DNA of 64,000 nucleotides from Eledone cirrhosa (Eukaryota), in contig OZ024742.1 of assembly GCA_964016885.1 (NCBI GenBank), forward strand, positions 186,000,001 through 186,064,000, in the 5' to 3' direction. Both the position numbers and the translations under genes were made by a program. Below are positions 23,838 through 39,600 of the stretch, in pieces (position 1 is the first letter of the stretch; each line of letters starts with the position of its first letter). The notes under the pieces are model-generated. The model ran no database searches. It was given only the letters and a program-made list of their open reading frames with translations, and had not been told where the DNA came from.

Positions 23838-24285
23838 AGAACTTTGACATTACTATGGGCTCGTCTGATTCGGCGCAAATTACCGATCTTCTGGGAATTT
23901 TCATCCTTAATATGATAAATAGAAAACTGCCGGAGATTACCGGTGGTTTATATAGAGACGACATATTATTTACTGTGGTTAAACATAATTGTTTCTACTT
24001 TAGGCACAAGGCCAGCAATTACCCAGTGCATTACTGGTACTTTATTTTATCGACCCCGTAAGGATGAAAGACAAAGTCAACCTCGGCGGGATTTGAACTC
24101 AGATCGTAAAAACATAATAATAGTGAATTAAATAGAGTAAAGAAAGTAATTATAGAATTCTTTGAAAATTATGACCTGAAATTAGAAGTAGAAAATAACA
24201 ATAAAATAGTTAATTTTTTACATATAACTCTTAATTTAAACTCAGGCCTCTATTACCCCTTCGATAAACTCAATGAAAACTTAAT
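23838..24285 (+). pseudogene. Penelope-like reverse transcriptase fragment interrupted by a SINE
   Basis: FDITMGSSDSAQITDLLG...GGLYRDD. After removing the SINE the frame continues KHNNSELNRVKKVIIEFFENYDLKLEVENNNKIVNFLHITLNLNSGLYYPF (the VNFLD.T.NL..G.Y.P motif). Confidence 0.88.
23990..24109 (-). mobile_element. 5'-truncated SINE with ~9-bp TSD (aaacataat)
   Basis: RC of the short-tail SINE from the B box onward, with aaacataat at 23981-23989 and 24110-24118. Confidence 0.88.
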
Positions 24286-24425
24286 TGGTCAAAACGTTGT
24301 TTGGTCAAAAGTGTTTGGCTGTGTCGAGCTGTTGTGTATCATAGTTGAAGATGTTTATCAATGTACGGCTGCAATAAATGTTTATAGATAAGGATTATGC
24401 TTTTGATAAGATGTGGTTAATTGCG

Positions 24426-24678
24426 TAATATCGGCGTCAGGGCTCCTTAGGAAGGTAAAACATAGTCTGAGAGAGATTTTATTTAAGTGTGGATAGAAGA
24501 GTAAGTGGATCGAATGCAGGCTAATATTTACTAATATCTGACTACAGTAGCGACTGCGTTCGATTCTGCTATTTAACAGGTTATTACATGTAGTAGTATG
24601 GAATAATTCTAAGTTACATAAGTTACAGTTGTTAATCCCTCGTTCGTGTGTTCCAGGTGACGCCTGACGCCGATATTA
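24426..24678. mobile_element. MITE-like element with a perfect 16-bp terminal inverted repeat (including outer TA)
   Basis: taatatcggcgtcagg (24426-24441) and cctgacgccgatatta (24663-24678). Confidence 0.65.
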
Positions 24679-27600
24679 ATAGATAACTTTCCATCACTCA
24701 TCTACCCTAGATAATAAACTATCTCTCATCTACAATAGATAACAAACCATCTCTCATCTACAGTAGATAAAACACCATCTCTTATCTACAGTAGATAACA
24801 CACCCTCTCTCATCTACAACAGATAACACACCATCTCTCATCTATAGTAGATAAAACACCATCTCTCATCTACAGTAGATAACACACCCTCTCTCATCTA
24901 CAACAGATAGCACACCATCTCTCATCTACAATAGATAATACACTATCTATCATCTACAGTAGATAACACACACTCTCTCATCTACAGTAGATAACACACC
25001 ATCTCTCATCTACAGTAGATAAAACACCCTCTCTCATCTACAACATATAGCACACCATCTCTCATCTACAATAGATAACACACCATCAATCATCTACTGT
25101 AGATAACACACACTCTCTCATCTACACTAGATAACACACCATCTCTCATCTACAATAGATAACACACCATCTCTCATCAACAGTAGATAACACACCATCT
25201 CTCATCTACAGTAGATACCACACTATCTCTCATCTACACTAGATAAAACCCTATCTCTCATCTACAGTAGATAAACTACCATCTCTCATCTACATCGGAT
25301 AACAAAACAGCTCTCATCTACACCAGATAACACACCTTCTCTTGTCAACAACACATGACACAACATCTCTCATCTACACCAGATAACATACCATCTCTCA
25401 TCTACACTAGATAACGCACCATCTCTCATTTAGAATAGATAACACACTAACACTCATCTACAATGGATAACGTACCAACTCTCATCTACACGAGTTAACA
25501 CACCATCTCTCATCTACAGTAGATAACACGCCAAATCTCATCTGCAACAGATAACACACCATCTCTCATCTACAGAAGATAACATACCATCTCTCATCTA
25601 CAATAGATAACACACGATCTCTCAACTACACGAGATAACACACCATCTCTCATCTACAATAGATAACACACCAGATATTATCTTCAATAGATGACACACC
25701 ATCTCTAATCTACCCTAGATAACATGCCATCTCACATCTACATTAGATAACACACCATCTCTCATCTACAACAGATAACACACCATCTCTAATCTACAAT
25801 ATGTAACACACCATCTCTCATCTACAGTAGATAACACACCATCTCTCATCTACCCTAGATAACACACCATCTCTCATCTACCCTAGATAACACACCATCT
25901 CTCATCTATAGTAGATAACACACCATCACTGATCTACAGTAGATAACACACCATCTCTCATCTACAACAGATAATACACCATCTCTCATCTACCCTACAT
26001 AACACACCATCTCTCATCTATAGTAGATAACACACCATCTCTCATCTACAGTAGATAACACACCATCTCTCATCTACAGTAGATAACACACCATCTCTAA
26101 TCTACAGTAGATAACACACCATCTCTCATCTACAAATAGATAACTCACCATATCTCATCTACAAGAGATAACAAACCATCTATCATCTACAACAGATAAC
26201 ACACCATCACTCATCTACAATAGATACCACACTATCTCTCATCCACACTAGATAAAACCCTATCTATCATCTACAGTAGATAAACAACCATCTCTCATCT
26301 ACAACGGATAACAAAACAGCTCTCATCTACACCAGATAACACACCCTCTCTTGTCAACAACAAATGTCACAACATCTCTCATCTACACCAGATAATATAC
26401 CATCTCTCGTCTACAATAGATAACACACCTTGTCTGTTCTACAGTAGATAACATACAATCTCAATCTACAACAGATAACACACCATCTCTCCTCTACAAC
26501 AGATAACATACCATCTCTCATCTACACTAAATAACGCACCATCTCTAATTTAGAATAGATAACACACCAACAATCATCTACAATGGATAACTTACCAACT
26601 CTCATCTACACTAGTTAACACACCATCTCTCATCTACAGTAGATAACACGCCAAATCTCATCTGCAACAGATAACACACCATCTCTCATCTACAGAAGAT
26701 AACATACCATCTCTCATCTACAATAGATAACACACGATCTCTCATCTACACTAAATAACACACCATCTCTCATCTACAATAGATAACACACCAGATCGTA
26801 TCTTCAATAGATGACACACCATCTCTCATCTACCCTAGATAACACGCCATCTCACATCTACAACAGATAACACACCATTTCTCATCTACAATATGTAACA
26901 CACCATCTCTCATCTACAGTAGATAACACACCATCTCTCATCTACCCTAGATAACACGCCATCTCACATCTACAACAGATAACACACCATTTCTCATCTA
27001 CAATATGTAACACACCATCTCTCATCTACAGTAGATAACACACCATCTCTCATCTACCCTAGATAACACACCATCTCTCATCTACCCTAGATAACACACC
27101 ATCTCTCATCTACAGTAGATAACACACCATCACTGATCTACAGTAGATAACACACCATCTCTCATCTACAACAGATAACACACCATCTCTCATCTACCCT
27201 ACATAACACACCATCTCTCATCTATAGTAGATAACACACCATCTCTCATCTACAGTAGATAACACAGCATCTCTCATCTACAGTAGATAACACACCATCC
27301 CTAATCTACAGTAGATAACACACCATCTCTCATCTACAATAGATGACACACCATCTCTCATCTACAACAGATGACAAACCATCTCTCATCTACAACAGAT
27401 AACACACCATCTCTCATCTACAACAGATAACCACCATCTCTCATCTACAGTAGATAACACACCATCTCTCATCTACACTAGATAAGACATCATCTCTCAT
27501 CTACAATAGATAACACAGCATCTCTGTTCTACACTAGATAACACCACAATCTCTCCTCTACCACAGATGTCACACCATCTCTGTTCTACAATAGATAACA

Positions 27601-30600
27601 TACCAGCTCTCATCTACACTAGATAACGCACCATCTCTCATTTAGAATAGATAACTCACCAACACTCATCTACAATGGATAACATACAAACTCTCATCTA
27701 CACTAATTAACAGACCAGCTCTCATCTACAGTAGATAACACGCCAAATCTCATCTGCAACAGATAACACACCATCTCTCATCTACAGAAGATAACATACC
27801 ATCTCTCATCTACAATAGATAACACACGATCTCTCATCTACACTAGATAACACACCATCTCTCATCTACAATAGATAAGACACCATCTCTCTTCTACAGT
27901 AGATGACACACCATCTCACATCTACAGCAGATAACACACCATCTCTCATCTACAGTAGATAACACACCATCTCTCATCTACAATGGATGACACACCATCT
28001 CTCATCTACAAGAGATAACAAACCATCTCTAATCTACAGCAGATAACACACCATCTCTCATCTACCCTAGATAACACACCATCTCTAATCTACAACAGAT
28101 GACACACCATCTCTCATCTACAAGAAATAAAAAACCATCTCTCATCTACAGCAGATAACACACCATCTCTCATCTACCCTAGATAGCACACCATCTCTCA
28201 TCTACCACAGATAACACACCTTCTCTCATCTACCCTAGATAACACACCATCTCTCATCTACCCTAGATAACACACCATCTCTCATCTACAGTAGATAACA
28301 AACCATCTCTCATCTACACTAGATAAGACACCATCTCTCATCTACAGTAGATAACACACCATCTCTCATCTACGCTAGATAAGACACCATATCACATATA
28401 TAACCGATACCACACCATCTCTCATCTACAACAGATAACACACCATCTATCATCTACAGTAGATAACACACCATCTCTCATCTACAGTAGATAACACACC
28501 ATCTCTCATCTACAACAGATAACACACCAACACTAATCTACCCTAGATAACACACCATCTCTCATACACAGTAGATAACACACCAGATCTTATCTTCAAT
28601 AGATGACACACCATCTGTCATCTACAGTAGATAACACACCACATCTCATCTACAATGGACAACACACCATCTCTCATCTACAACAGATAACAAACCATCT
28701 CTCATCTACAGTAGATAAAGCACCATCTCTCATCTACCCTAGATAACACACGATCTCTCATCTACAGTAGATAACACACCATCTCTCATCTACAGTAGAT
28801 AACACACCATCTCTCATCTACAACAGATAACACACCATCTCTCATCTACAGTAGATAACACACCATCTCTCATCTACAATGGATGACACACCATCTCTCA
28901 TCTACAAGAGATAACAAACCATCTCTCATCTACAGCAGATAACACACCATCTCTCATCTACCCTAGATAACACACCATCTCTCATCTACAACAGATAACA
29001 CACCATCTCTCATCTACAGTAGATATCACACCATCTCTCATCTACAACAGATGACACATCATCTCTCATCTACAAGAGATAAAAAACCATCTCTCATCTA
29101 CAGCAGATAACACACCATCTCTCATGTACCCTAGATAGCACACCATCTCTCATCTACCACAGATAACACACGTTCTCTCATCTACCCTAGATAACACACC
29201 ATCTCTCATCTACCCTAGATAACAAACCATCTCTCATCTACAGTAGATAACACACCATCTCTCTTCTACACTAGATAACACACGATCTCTCCTCTACCAC
29301 AGATAACACAACATCTCTGTTTTACAATAGATAACATACCCTCTCTCATCTACAGTAGATGACACACCCTCTCTCATCTACAATAGATAAGAAACCATAT
29401 CACATATACAACAGATACCACACCATCTCTCATCTACAACAGATAACACACCATCTATCATCTACAGTAAATAACACACCATCTCTCAACTACAGTAGAT
29501 GTAGATAACACACAATCTCTGATCTACAGTATATAACACACCATCTATCATGTACAATAGATAACACACCATCTTTCATCTACAACAGATAACACAACAT
29601 CTGTCATCTACAGTAGATAACACACCATCTCTCATCTACAGTAGATAACACACCATCTCTCATCTACCCTAGATAACATATGATCTCTGATCTACCATAG
29701 ATAACACACCATCTCTCATCTACCCTAGATAACATATGATCTCTGATCTACCTTAGATAACACACCATCTCTCATCTACACTAAATAACACGCCATTTCC
29801 GATCTACATTAGATAACATACCATCTACAATAGATAACATACCATCTCTCATCTAGTACAGATGACACATCATTTGTCATCTACAACAGATAACACACCA
29901 TCTATCATTTAGCCTAGATGACACAACATCGCTCATCTACAACTGATAACACACCATCTCTCATCTACAATAGATAACATATCATCTCTCATCTACAACA
30001 GATAACACATCAGCTCTCACCTACAACAGATAACACCATCTATCATCTACACTAGATAACACACCATCTCTCATCTACAATAGATAACATACCATCTCTC
30101 ATCTACCCTAGATAACACACCATCTCTCATCTACCCTAGATAACACACTGTCTCTCATCTACAGTAGATAACACACCATCTCTCATGTACAATAGATAAC
30201 ACACCATCTGTCGTCTACAGTAGATAACACACTATATCTCTTATACAGTGGATAACACACTATCTCTCATCTACCTTGGATAACACGTCATCTCTGATCT
30301 ACCATAGATAACACACCATCTCTCATCTACAGTAGATACCACACTATATCACATATGCAGTGGATAACACACAATCTCTCATCTACCCTAGCTAACACAC
30401 CATATCTCATCTCTAACTGATAACGTGCCATCTCTCATCTACAGTAGATAACACACCATCTCTCATGTACAATAAATAACACACCATCTGTCATCTACAG
30501 TAGATAACACACAATATCTCTTATACAGTGAATAACACACTATCTCTCATCTACCCTAGATAAGATGTCATCTCTGATCTACCATAGATAACACACCATC

Positions 30601-33600
30601 TCTCATCTACAGTATATACCACACTATATCTCATATGCAGTGGATAACACACAATCTCTCATCTACCCTAGCTAACACACCATCTCTCATCTCTAACTGA
30701 TAACGTGCCATCTCTCATCTACAGTAGATAACACACCATCTCTCATCTACAACAGATAAAACATCATCTCTCATCTACAATAGATAACACACCTTCTCAC
30801 CTCTACCCTAGATAACACACCATCTCTCATCTACCCTAGATAACACACCATCTCTCATCTACAGTAGATAACACACCATCTCTCATCTACAACAGAAAAC
30901 ACACCATCTCTCATCTACCCTAGATAACACACCATCTCTCATCTATTGTAGATAACACACCATCTCTCATCTACAGTAGATAACACACCATCTCTAATCT
31001 AAAGTAGATAACACACCATCTCTCATCTACAATAGATGACACACCATCTCTCATCTACAAGTGATAACAAACCATCTCTCATCTACAACAGATAACACAC
31101 CATCTCTCATCTACAACAGAAAACACACCATCTATCATCTACAGTAGATAACACACCATCTCTCATCTACAGTAGATAACACACCATCTCTCATCTACAG
31201 TAGATAACATACCATCTCTCATCTACAACAGATAATACACCATCTCTCATCTACAGTAGATAAAGCACCATCTCTCATCTACCCTAGATAACACACCGTC
31301 TATCATCTACAGTAGATAACACACCATCTCTCATCTACAGTAGATAACATACCATCTCTCATCTACAACAGATAACACACCATCTCTCATCTACACTAGA
31401 TAACACACCATCTCTCATCTACAATGGATGACACACCATCTCTCATCTACAAGAGATAACAAACCATCTCTCATCTACAGCAGATAACACCCCATCTCTC
31501 ATCTACAGTAGATAACACACCATCTCTCATCTACACTAGATAAGACACCATCTCTCATCTACCCTAGCTAACACACCATCTCTCATCTCTAACTGATAAC
31601 GTGCCATCTCTCATCTACAGTAGATAACACACCATCTCTCATCTACAACAGATAAAACATCATCTCTTATCTACAATAGATAACACACCTTCTCACCTCT
31701 ACCCTAGATAACACACCATCTCTCATCTACCCTAGATAACACACCATCTCTCATCTACAGTAGATAAAACACCATCACTGATCTACAGTAGATAACACAC
31801 CATCTCTCATCTACAACAGAAAACACACCATCTCTCATCTACCCTACATAACACACCATCTCTCATCTATTGTAGATAACACACCATCTCTCATCTACAG
31901 TAGATAACACACCATCTCTAATCTACAGTAGATAACACACCATCTCTCATCTACAATAGATGACGCACCATCTCTCATCTACAAGAGATAACAAACCATC
32001 TCTCATCTACAACAAATAACACACCATCTCCCATCTACAACAGATAACCACCATCTCTCATCTACAGTAGATAACACACCATCTCTCATCTACACTAGAT
32101 AAGACACCATCTCTCATCTACAATAGATAACACACCATCTCTGTTCTACAATAGATAACACACCATCTCTCATCTACAACAGATAATACACCATCTCTCA
32201 TCTTCAGCAGATAACAACCCATCTCCCATCTACCCTAGATAACACACCATCTCTCATCTACAACAGATAACACACCATCTCTCATCTACAGTAGATAACA
32301 CACCATCTCTCATCTACAACAGATGACACACCATCTCTCATCTACAAGAGATAAAAAACCATCTCTCATCTACAGCAGATAACACACCTTCTCTCATCTA
32401 CCCTAGATAGCACACAATCTCTCATCTACCACAGATAACACACCTTCTCTCATCTACAGTAGATAACACGCCAAATCTCATCTGCAACAGATAACACACC
32501 ATCTCTCATCTACAGAAGATAACATACCATCTCTCATCTACAATAGATAACACACGATCTCTCAACTACACGTGATAACACACCATCTCTCATCTACAAT
32601 AGATAACACACCAGATCTTATCTTCAATAGATGACACACCATCTCTAATCTACCCTAGATAACATGCCATCTCACATCTACATTAGATAACACACCATCT
32701 CTCATCTACAACAGATAACACACCATCTCTAATCTACAATATGTAACACACCATCTCTCATCTACAGTAGATAACACACCATCTCTCATCTACCCTAGAT
32801 AACACACCATCTCTCATCTATAGTAGATAACACACCATCACTGATCTACAGTAGATAACACACCATCTCTCATCTACAACAGATAATACACCATCTCTCA
32901 TCTACCCTACATAACACACCATCTCTCATCTATAGTAGATAACACACCATCTCTCATCTACAGTAGATAACACACCATCTCTCATCTACAGTAGATAACA
33001 CACCATCTCTAATCTACAGTAGATAACACACCATCTCTCATCTACAAATAGATAACTCACCATATATCATCTACAAGAGATAACAAACCATCTATCATCT
33101 ACAACAGATAACACACCATCACTCATCTACAATAGATACCACACTATCTCTCATCCACACTAGATAAAACCCTATCTATCATCTACAGTAGATAAACAAC
33201 CATCTCTCATCTACAACGGATAACAAAACAGCTCTCATCTACACCAGATAACACACCCTCTCTTGTCAACAACAAATGTCACAACATCTCTCATCTACAC
33301 CAGATAATATACCATCTCTCGTCTACAATAGATAACACACCTTGTCTGTTCTACAGTAGATAACATACAATCTCAATCTACAACAGATAACACACCATCT
33401 CTCCTCTACAACAGAGAACATACCATCTCTCATCTACACTAAATAACGCACCATCTCTAATTTAGAATAGATAACACACCAACAATCATCTACAATGGAT
33501 AACTTACCAACTCTCATCTACACTAGTTAACACACCATCTCTCATCTACAGTAGATAACACGCCAAATCTCATCTGCAACAGATAACACACCATCTCTCA

Positions 33601-36600
33601 TCTACAGAAGATAACATACCATCTCTCATCTACAATAGATAACACACGATCTCTCATCTACACTAAATAACACACCATCTCTCATCTACAATAGATAACA
33701 CACCAGATCGTATCTTCAATAGATGACACACCATCTCTCATCTACCCTAGATAACACGCCATCTCACATCTACAACAGATAACACACCATTTCTCATCTA
33801 CAATATGTAACACACCATCTCTCATCTACAGTAGATAACACACCATCTCTCATCTACCCTAGATAACACACCATCTCTCATCTACCCTAGATAACACACC
33901 ATCTCTCATCTACAGTAGATAACACACCATCACTGATCTACAGTAGATAACACACCATCTCTCATCTACCCTAGATAACACACCATCTCTCATCTACCCT
34001 AGATAACACACCATCTCTCATCTATAGTAGATAACACACCATCTCTCATCTACAGTAGATAACACAGCATCTCTCATCTACAGTAGATAACACACCATCC
34101 CTAATCTACAGTAGATAACACACCATCTCTCATCTACAATAGATGACAAACCATCTCTCATCTACAACAGATAATACACCATCTCTCATCTACCCTACAT
34201 AACACACCATCTCTCATCTATAGTAGATAACACACCATCTCTCATCTACAGTAGATAACACACCATCTCTCATCTACAGAAGATAACATACCATCTCTCA
34301 TCTACAATAGATAACACACGATCTCTCATCTACACTAAATAACACACCATCTCTCATCTACAATAGATAACACACCAGATCGTATCTTCAATAGATGACA
34401 CACCATCTCTCATCTACCCTAGATAACACGCCATCTCACATCTACAACAGATAACACACCATTTCTCATCTACAATATGTAACACACCATCTCTCATCTA
34501 CAGTAGATAACACACCATCTCTCATCTACCCTAGATAACACACCATCTCTCATCTACCCTAGATAACACACCATCTCTCATCTACAGTAGATAACACACC
34601 ATCACTGATCTACAGTAGATAACACACCATCTCTCATCTACCCTAGATAACACACCATCTCTCATCTACCCTAGATAACACACCATCTCTCATCTATAGT
34701 AGATAACACACCATCTCTCATCTACAGTAGATAACACAGCATCTCTCATCTACAGTAGATAACACACCATCCCTAATCTACAGTAGATAACACACCATCT
34801 CTCATCTACAATAGATGACAAACCATCTCTCATCTACAACAGATAATACACCATCTCTCATCTACCCTACATAACACACCATCTCTCATCTATAGTAGAT
34901 AACACACCATCTCTCATCTACAGTAGATAACACACCATCTCTCATCTACAGAAGATAACATACCATCTCTCATCTACAATAGATAACACACGATCTCTCA
35001 TCTACACTAAATAACACACCATCTCTCATCTACAATAGATAACACACCAGATCGTATCTTCAATAGATGACACACCATCTCTCATCTACCCTAGATAACA
35101 CGCCATCTCACATCTACAACAGATAACACACCATTTCTCATCTACAATATGTAACACACCATCTCTCATCTACAGTAGATAACACACCATCTCTCATCTA
35201 CCCTAGATAACACACCATCTCTCATCTACCCTAGATAACACACCATCTCTCATCTACAGTAGATAACACACCATCACTGATCTACAGTAGATAACACACC
35301 ATCTCTCATCTACCCTAGATAACACACCATCTCTCATCTACCCTAGATAACACACCATCTCTCATCTATAGTAGATAACACACCATCTCTCATCTACAGT
35401 AGATAACACAGCATCTCTCATCTACAGTAGATAACACACCATCCCTAATCTACAGTAGATAACACACCATCTCTCATCTACAGTAGATAACACACCATCT
35501 CTCATCTACAACAGATAATACACCATCTCTCATCTACCCTACATAACACACCATCTCTCATCTATAGTAGATAACACACCATCTCTCATCTACAGTAGAT
35601 AACACACCATCTCTCATCTACAGTAGATAACACACCATCTCTAATCTACAGTAGATAACACACCATCTCTCATCTACAAATAGATAACTCACCATATATC
35701 ATCTACAAGAGATAACAAACCATCTATCATCTACAACAGATAACACACCATCACTCATCTACAATAGATACCACACTATCTCTCATCCACACTAGATAAA
35801 ACCCTATCTATCATCTACAGTAGATAAACAACCATCTCTCATCTACAACGGATAACAAAACAGCTCTCATCTACACCAGATAACACACCCTCTCTTGTCA
35901 ACAACAAATGTCACAACATCTCTCATCTACACCAGATAATATACCATCTCTCGTCTACAATAGATAACACACCTTGTCTGTTCTACAGTAGATAACATAC
36001 AATCTCAATCTACAACAGATAACACACCATCTCTCCTCTACAACAGAGAACATACCATCTCTCATCTACACTAAATAACGCACCATCTCTAATTTAGAAT
36101 AGATAACACACCAACAATCATCTACAATGGATAACTTACCAACTCTCATCTACACTAGTTAACACACCATCTCTCATCTACAGTAGATAACACGCCAAAT
36201 CTCATCTGCAACAGATAACACACCATCTCTCATCTACAGAAGATAACATACCATCTCTCATCTACAATAGATAACACACGATCTCTCATCTACACTAAAT
36301 AACACACCATCTCTCATCTACAATAGATAACACACCAGATCGTATCTTCAATAGATGACACACCATCTCTCATCTACCCTAGATAACACGCCATCTCACA
36401 TCTACAACAGATAACACACCATTTCTCATCTACAATATGTAACACACCATCTCTCATCTACAGTAGATAACACACCATCTCTCATCTACCCTAGATAACA
36501 CACCATCTCTCATCTACCCTAGATAACACACCATCTCTCATCTACAGTAGATAACACACCATCACTGATCTACAGTAGATAACACACCATCTCTCATCTA

Positions 36601-39600
36601 CCCTAGATAACACACCATCTCTCATCTACCCTAGATAACACACCATCTCTCATCTATAGTAGATAACACACCATCTCTCATCTACAGTAGATAACACAGC
36701 ATCTCTCATCTACAGTAGATAACACACCATCCCTAATCTACAGTAGATAACACACCATCTCTCATCTACAATAGATGACAAACCATCTCTCATCTACAAC
36801 AGATAACACACCATCTCTCATCTACAACAGATAACCACCATCTCTCATCTACAGTAGATAACACACCATCTCTCATCTACACTAGATAAGACATCATCTC
36901 TCATCTACAATAGATAACACAGCATCTCTGTTCTACACTAGATAACACCACAATCTCTCCTCTACCACAGATATCACACCATCTCTGTTCTACAATAGAT
37001 AACATACCAGCTCTCATCTACACTAGATAACGCACCATCTCTCATTTAGAATAGATAACTCACCAACACTCATCTACAATGGATAACATACAAACTCTCA
37101 TCTACACTAATTAACAGACCAGCTCTCATCTACAGTAGATAACACGCCAAATCTCATCTGCAACAGATAACACACCATCTCTCATCTACAGAAGATAACA
37201 TACCATCTCTCATCTACAATAGATAACACACGATCTCTCATCTACACTAGATAACACACCATCTCTCATCTACAATAGATAAGACACCATCTCTCTTCTA
37301 CAGTAGATGACACACCATCTCACATCTACAGCAGATAACACACCATCTCTCATCTACAGTAGATAACACACCATCTCTCATCTACAATGGATGACACACC
37401 ATCTCTCATCTACAAGAGATAACAAACCATCTCTAATCTACAGCAGATAACACACCATCTCTCATCTACCCTAGATAACACACCATCTCTAATCTACAAC
37501 AGATGACACACCATCTCTCATCTACAAGAAATAAAAAACCATCTCTCATCTACAGCAGATAACACACCATCTCTCATCTACAGTAGATACCACACTATAT
37601 CACATATGCAGTGGATAACACACAATCTCTCATCTACCCTAGCTAACACACCATATCTCATCTCTAACTGATAACGTGCCATCTCTCATCTACAGTAGAT
37701 AACACACCATCTCTCATGTACAATAGATAACACACCATCTGTCATCTACAGTAGATAACACACAATATCTCTTATACAGTGGATAACACACTATCTCTCA
37801 TCTACCCTAGATAAGATGTCATCTCTGATCTACCATAGATAACACACCATCTCTCATCTACAGTAGATACCACACTATATCTCATATGCAGTGGATAACA
37901 CACAATCTCTCATCTACCCTAGCTAACACACCATCTCTCATCTCTAACTGATAACGTGCCATCTCTCATCTACAGTAGATAACACACCATCTCTCATCTA
38001 CAACAGATAAAACATCATCTCTCATCTACAATAGATAACACACCTTCTCACCTCTACCCTAGATAACACACCATCTCTCATCTACCCTAGATAACACACC
38101 ATCTCTCATCTACAGTAGATAACACACCATCTCTCATCTACAACAGAAAACACACCATCTCTCATCTACCCTAGATAACACACCATCTCTCATCTATTGT
38201 AGATAACACACCATCTCTCATCTACAGTAGATAACACACCATCTCTAATCTAAAGTAGATAACACACCATCTCTCATCTACAATAGATGACACACCATCT
38301 CTCATCTACAAGTGATAACAAACCATCTCTCATCTACAACAGATAACACACCATCTCTCATCTACAACAGAAAACACACCATCTATCATCTACAGTAGAT
38401 AACACACCATCTCTCATCTACAGTAGATAACACACCATCTCTCATCTACAGTAGATAACATACCATCTCTCATCTATAACAGATAATACACCATCTCTCA
38501 TCTACAGTAGATAAAGCACCATCTCTCATCTACCCTAGATAACACACCGTCTCTCATCTACAGTAGATAACACACCATCTCTCATCTACAGTAGATAACA
38601 TACCATCTCTCATCTACAACAGATAACACACCATCTCTCATCTACACTAGATAACACACCATCTCTCATCTACAATGGATGACACACCATCTCTCATCTA
38701 CAAGAGATAACAAACCATCTCTCATCTACAGCAGATAACACCCCATCTCTCATCTACCCTAGATAACACACCATCTCTCATCTACAACAGATAACACACC
38801 ATCTCTCATCTACAGTAGATAACACACCATCTCTCATCTACAACAGATGACACACCATCTCTCATCTACAAGAGATAAAAAACCATCTCTCATCTACAGC
38901 AGATAACACACCTTCTCTCATCTACCCTAGATAGCACACAATCTCTCATCTACCACAGATAACACACCTTCTCTCATCTACCCTAGAAAACACACCATCT
39001 CTCATCTACAGTAGATAACACACCATCTCTAATCTACACTAGATAAGACACCATCTCTCATCTACAATAGATAACACACCATCTCTGTTCTACACTAGAT
39101 AACACACGATCTCTCCTCTACCACAGATAACACAACATCTCTCATCTACAGTAGATATCACACCATCTCTCATCTACAACAGATGACACATCATCTCTCA
39201 TCTACAAGAGATAAAAAACCATCTCTCATCTACAGCAGATAACACACCATCTCTCATGTACCCTAGATAGCACACCATCTCTCATCTACCACAGATAACA
39301 CACGTTCTCTCATCTACCCTAGATAACACACCATCTCTCATCTACAACAGATAACACACCATCTATCATCTACAGTAAATAACACACCATCTCTCAACTA
39401 CAGTAGATGTAGATAACACACAATCTCTGATCTACAGTATATAACACACCATCTATCATCTACAATAGATAACACACCATCTTTCATCTACAACAGATAA
39501 CACAACATCTGTCATCTACAGTAGATAACACACCATCTCTCATCTACAGTAGATAACACACCATCTCTCATCTACCCTAGATAACATATGATCTCTGATC

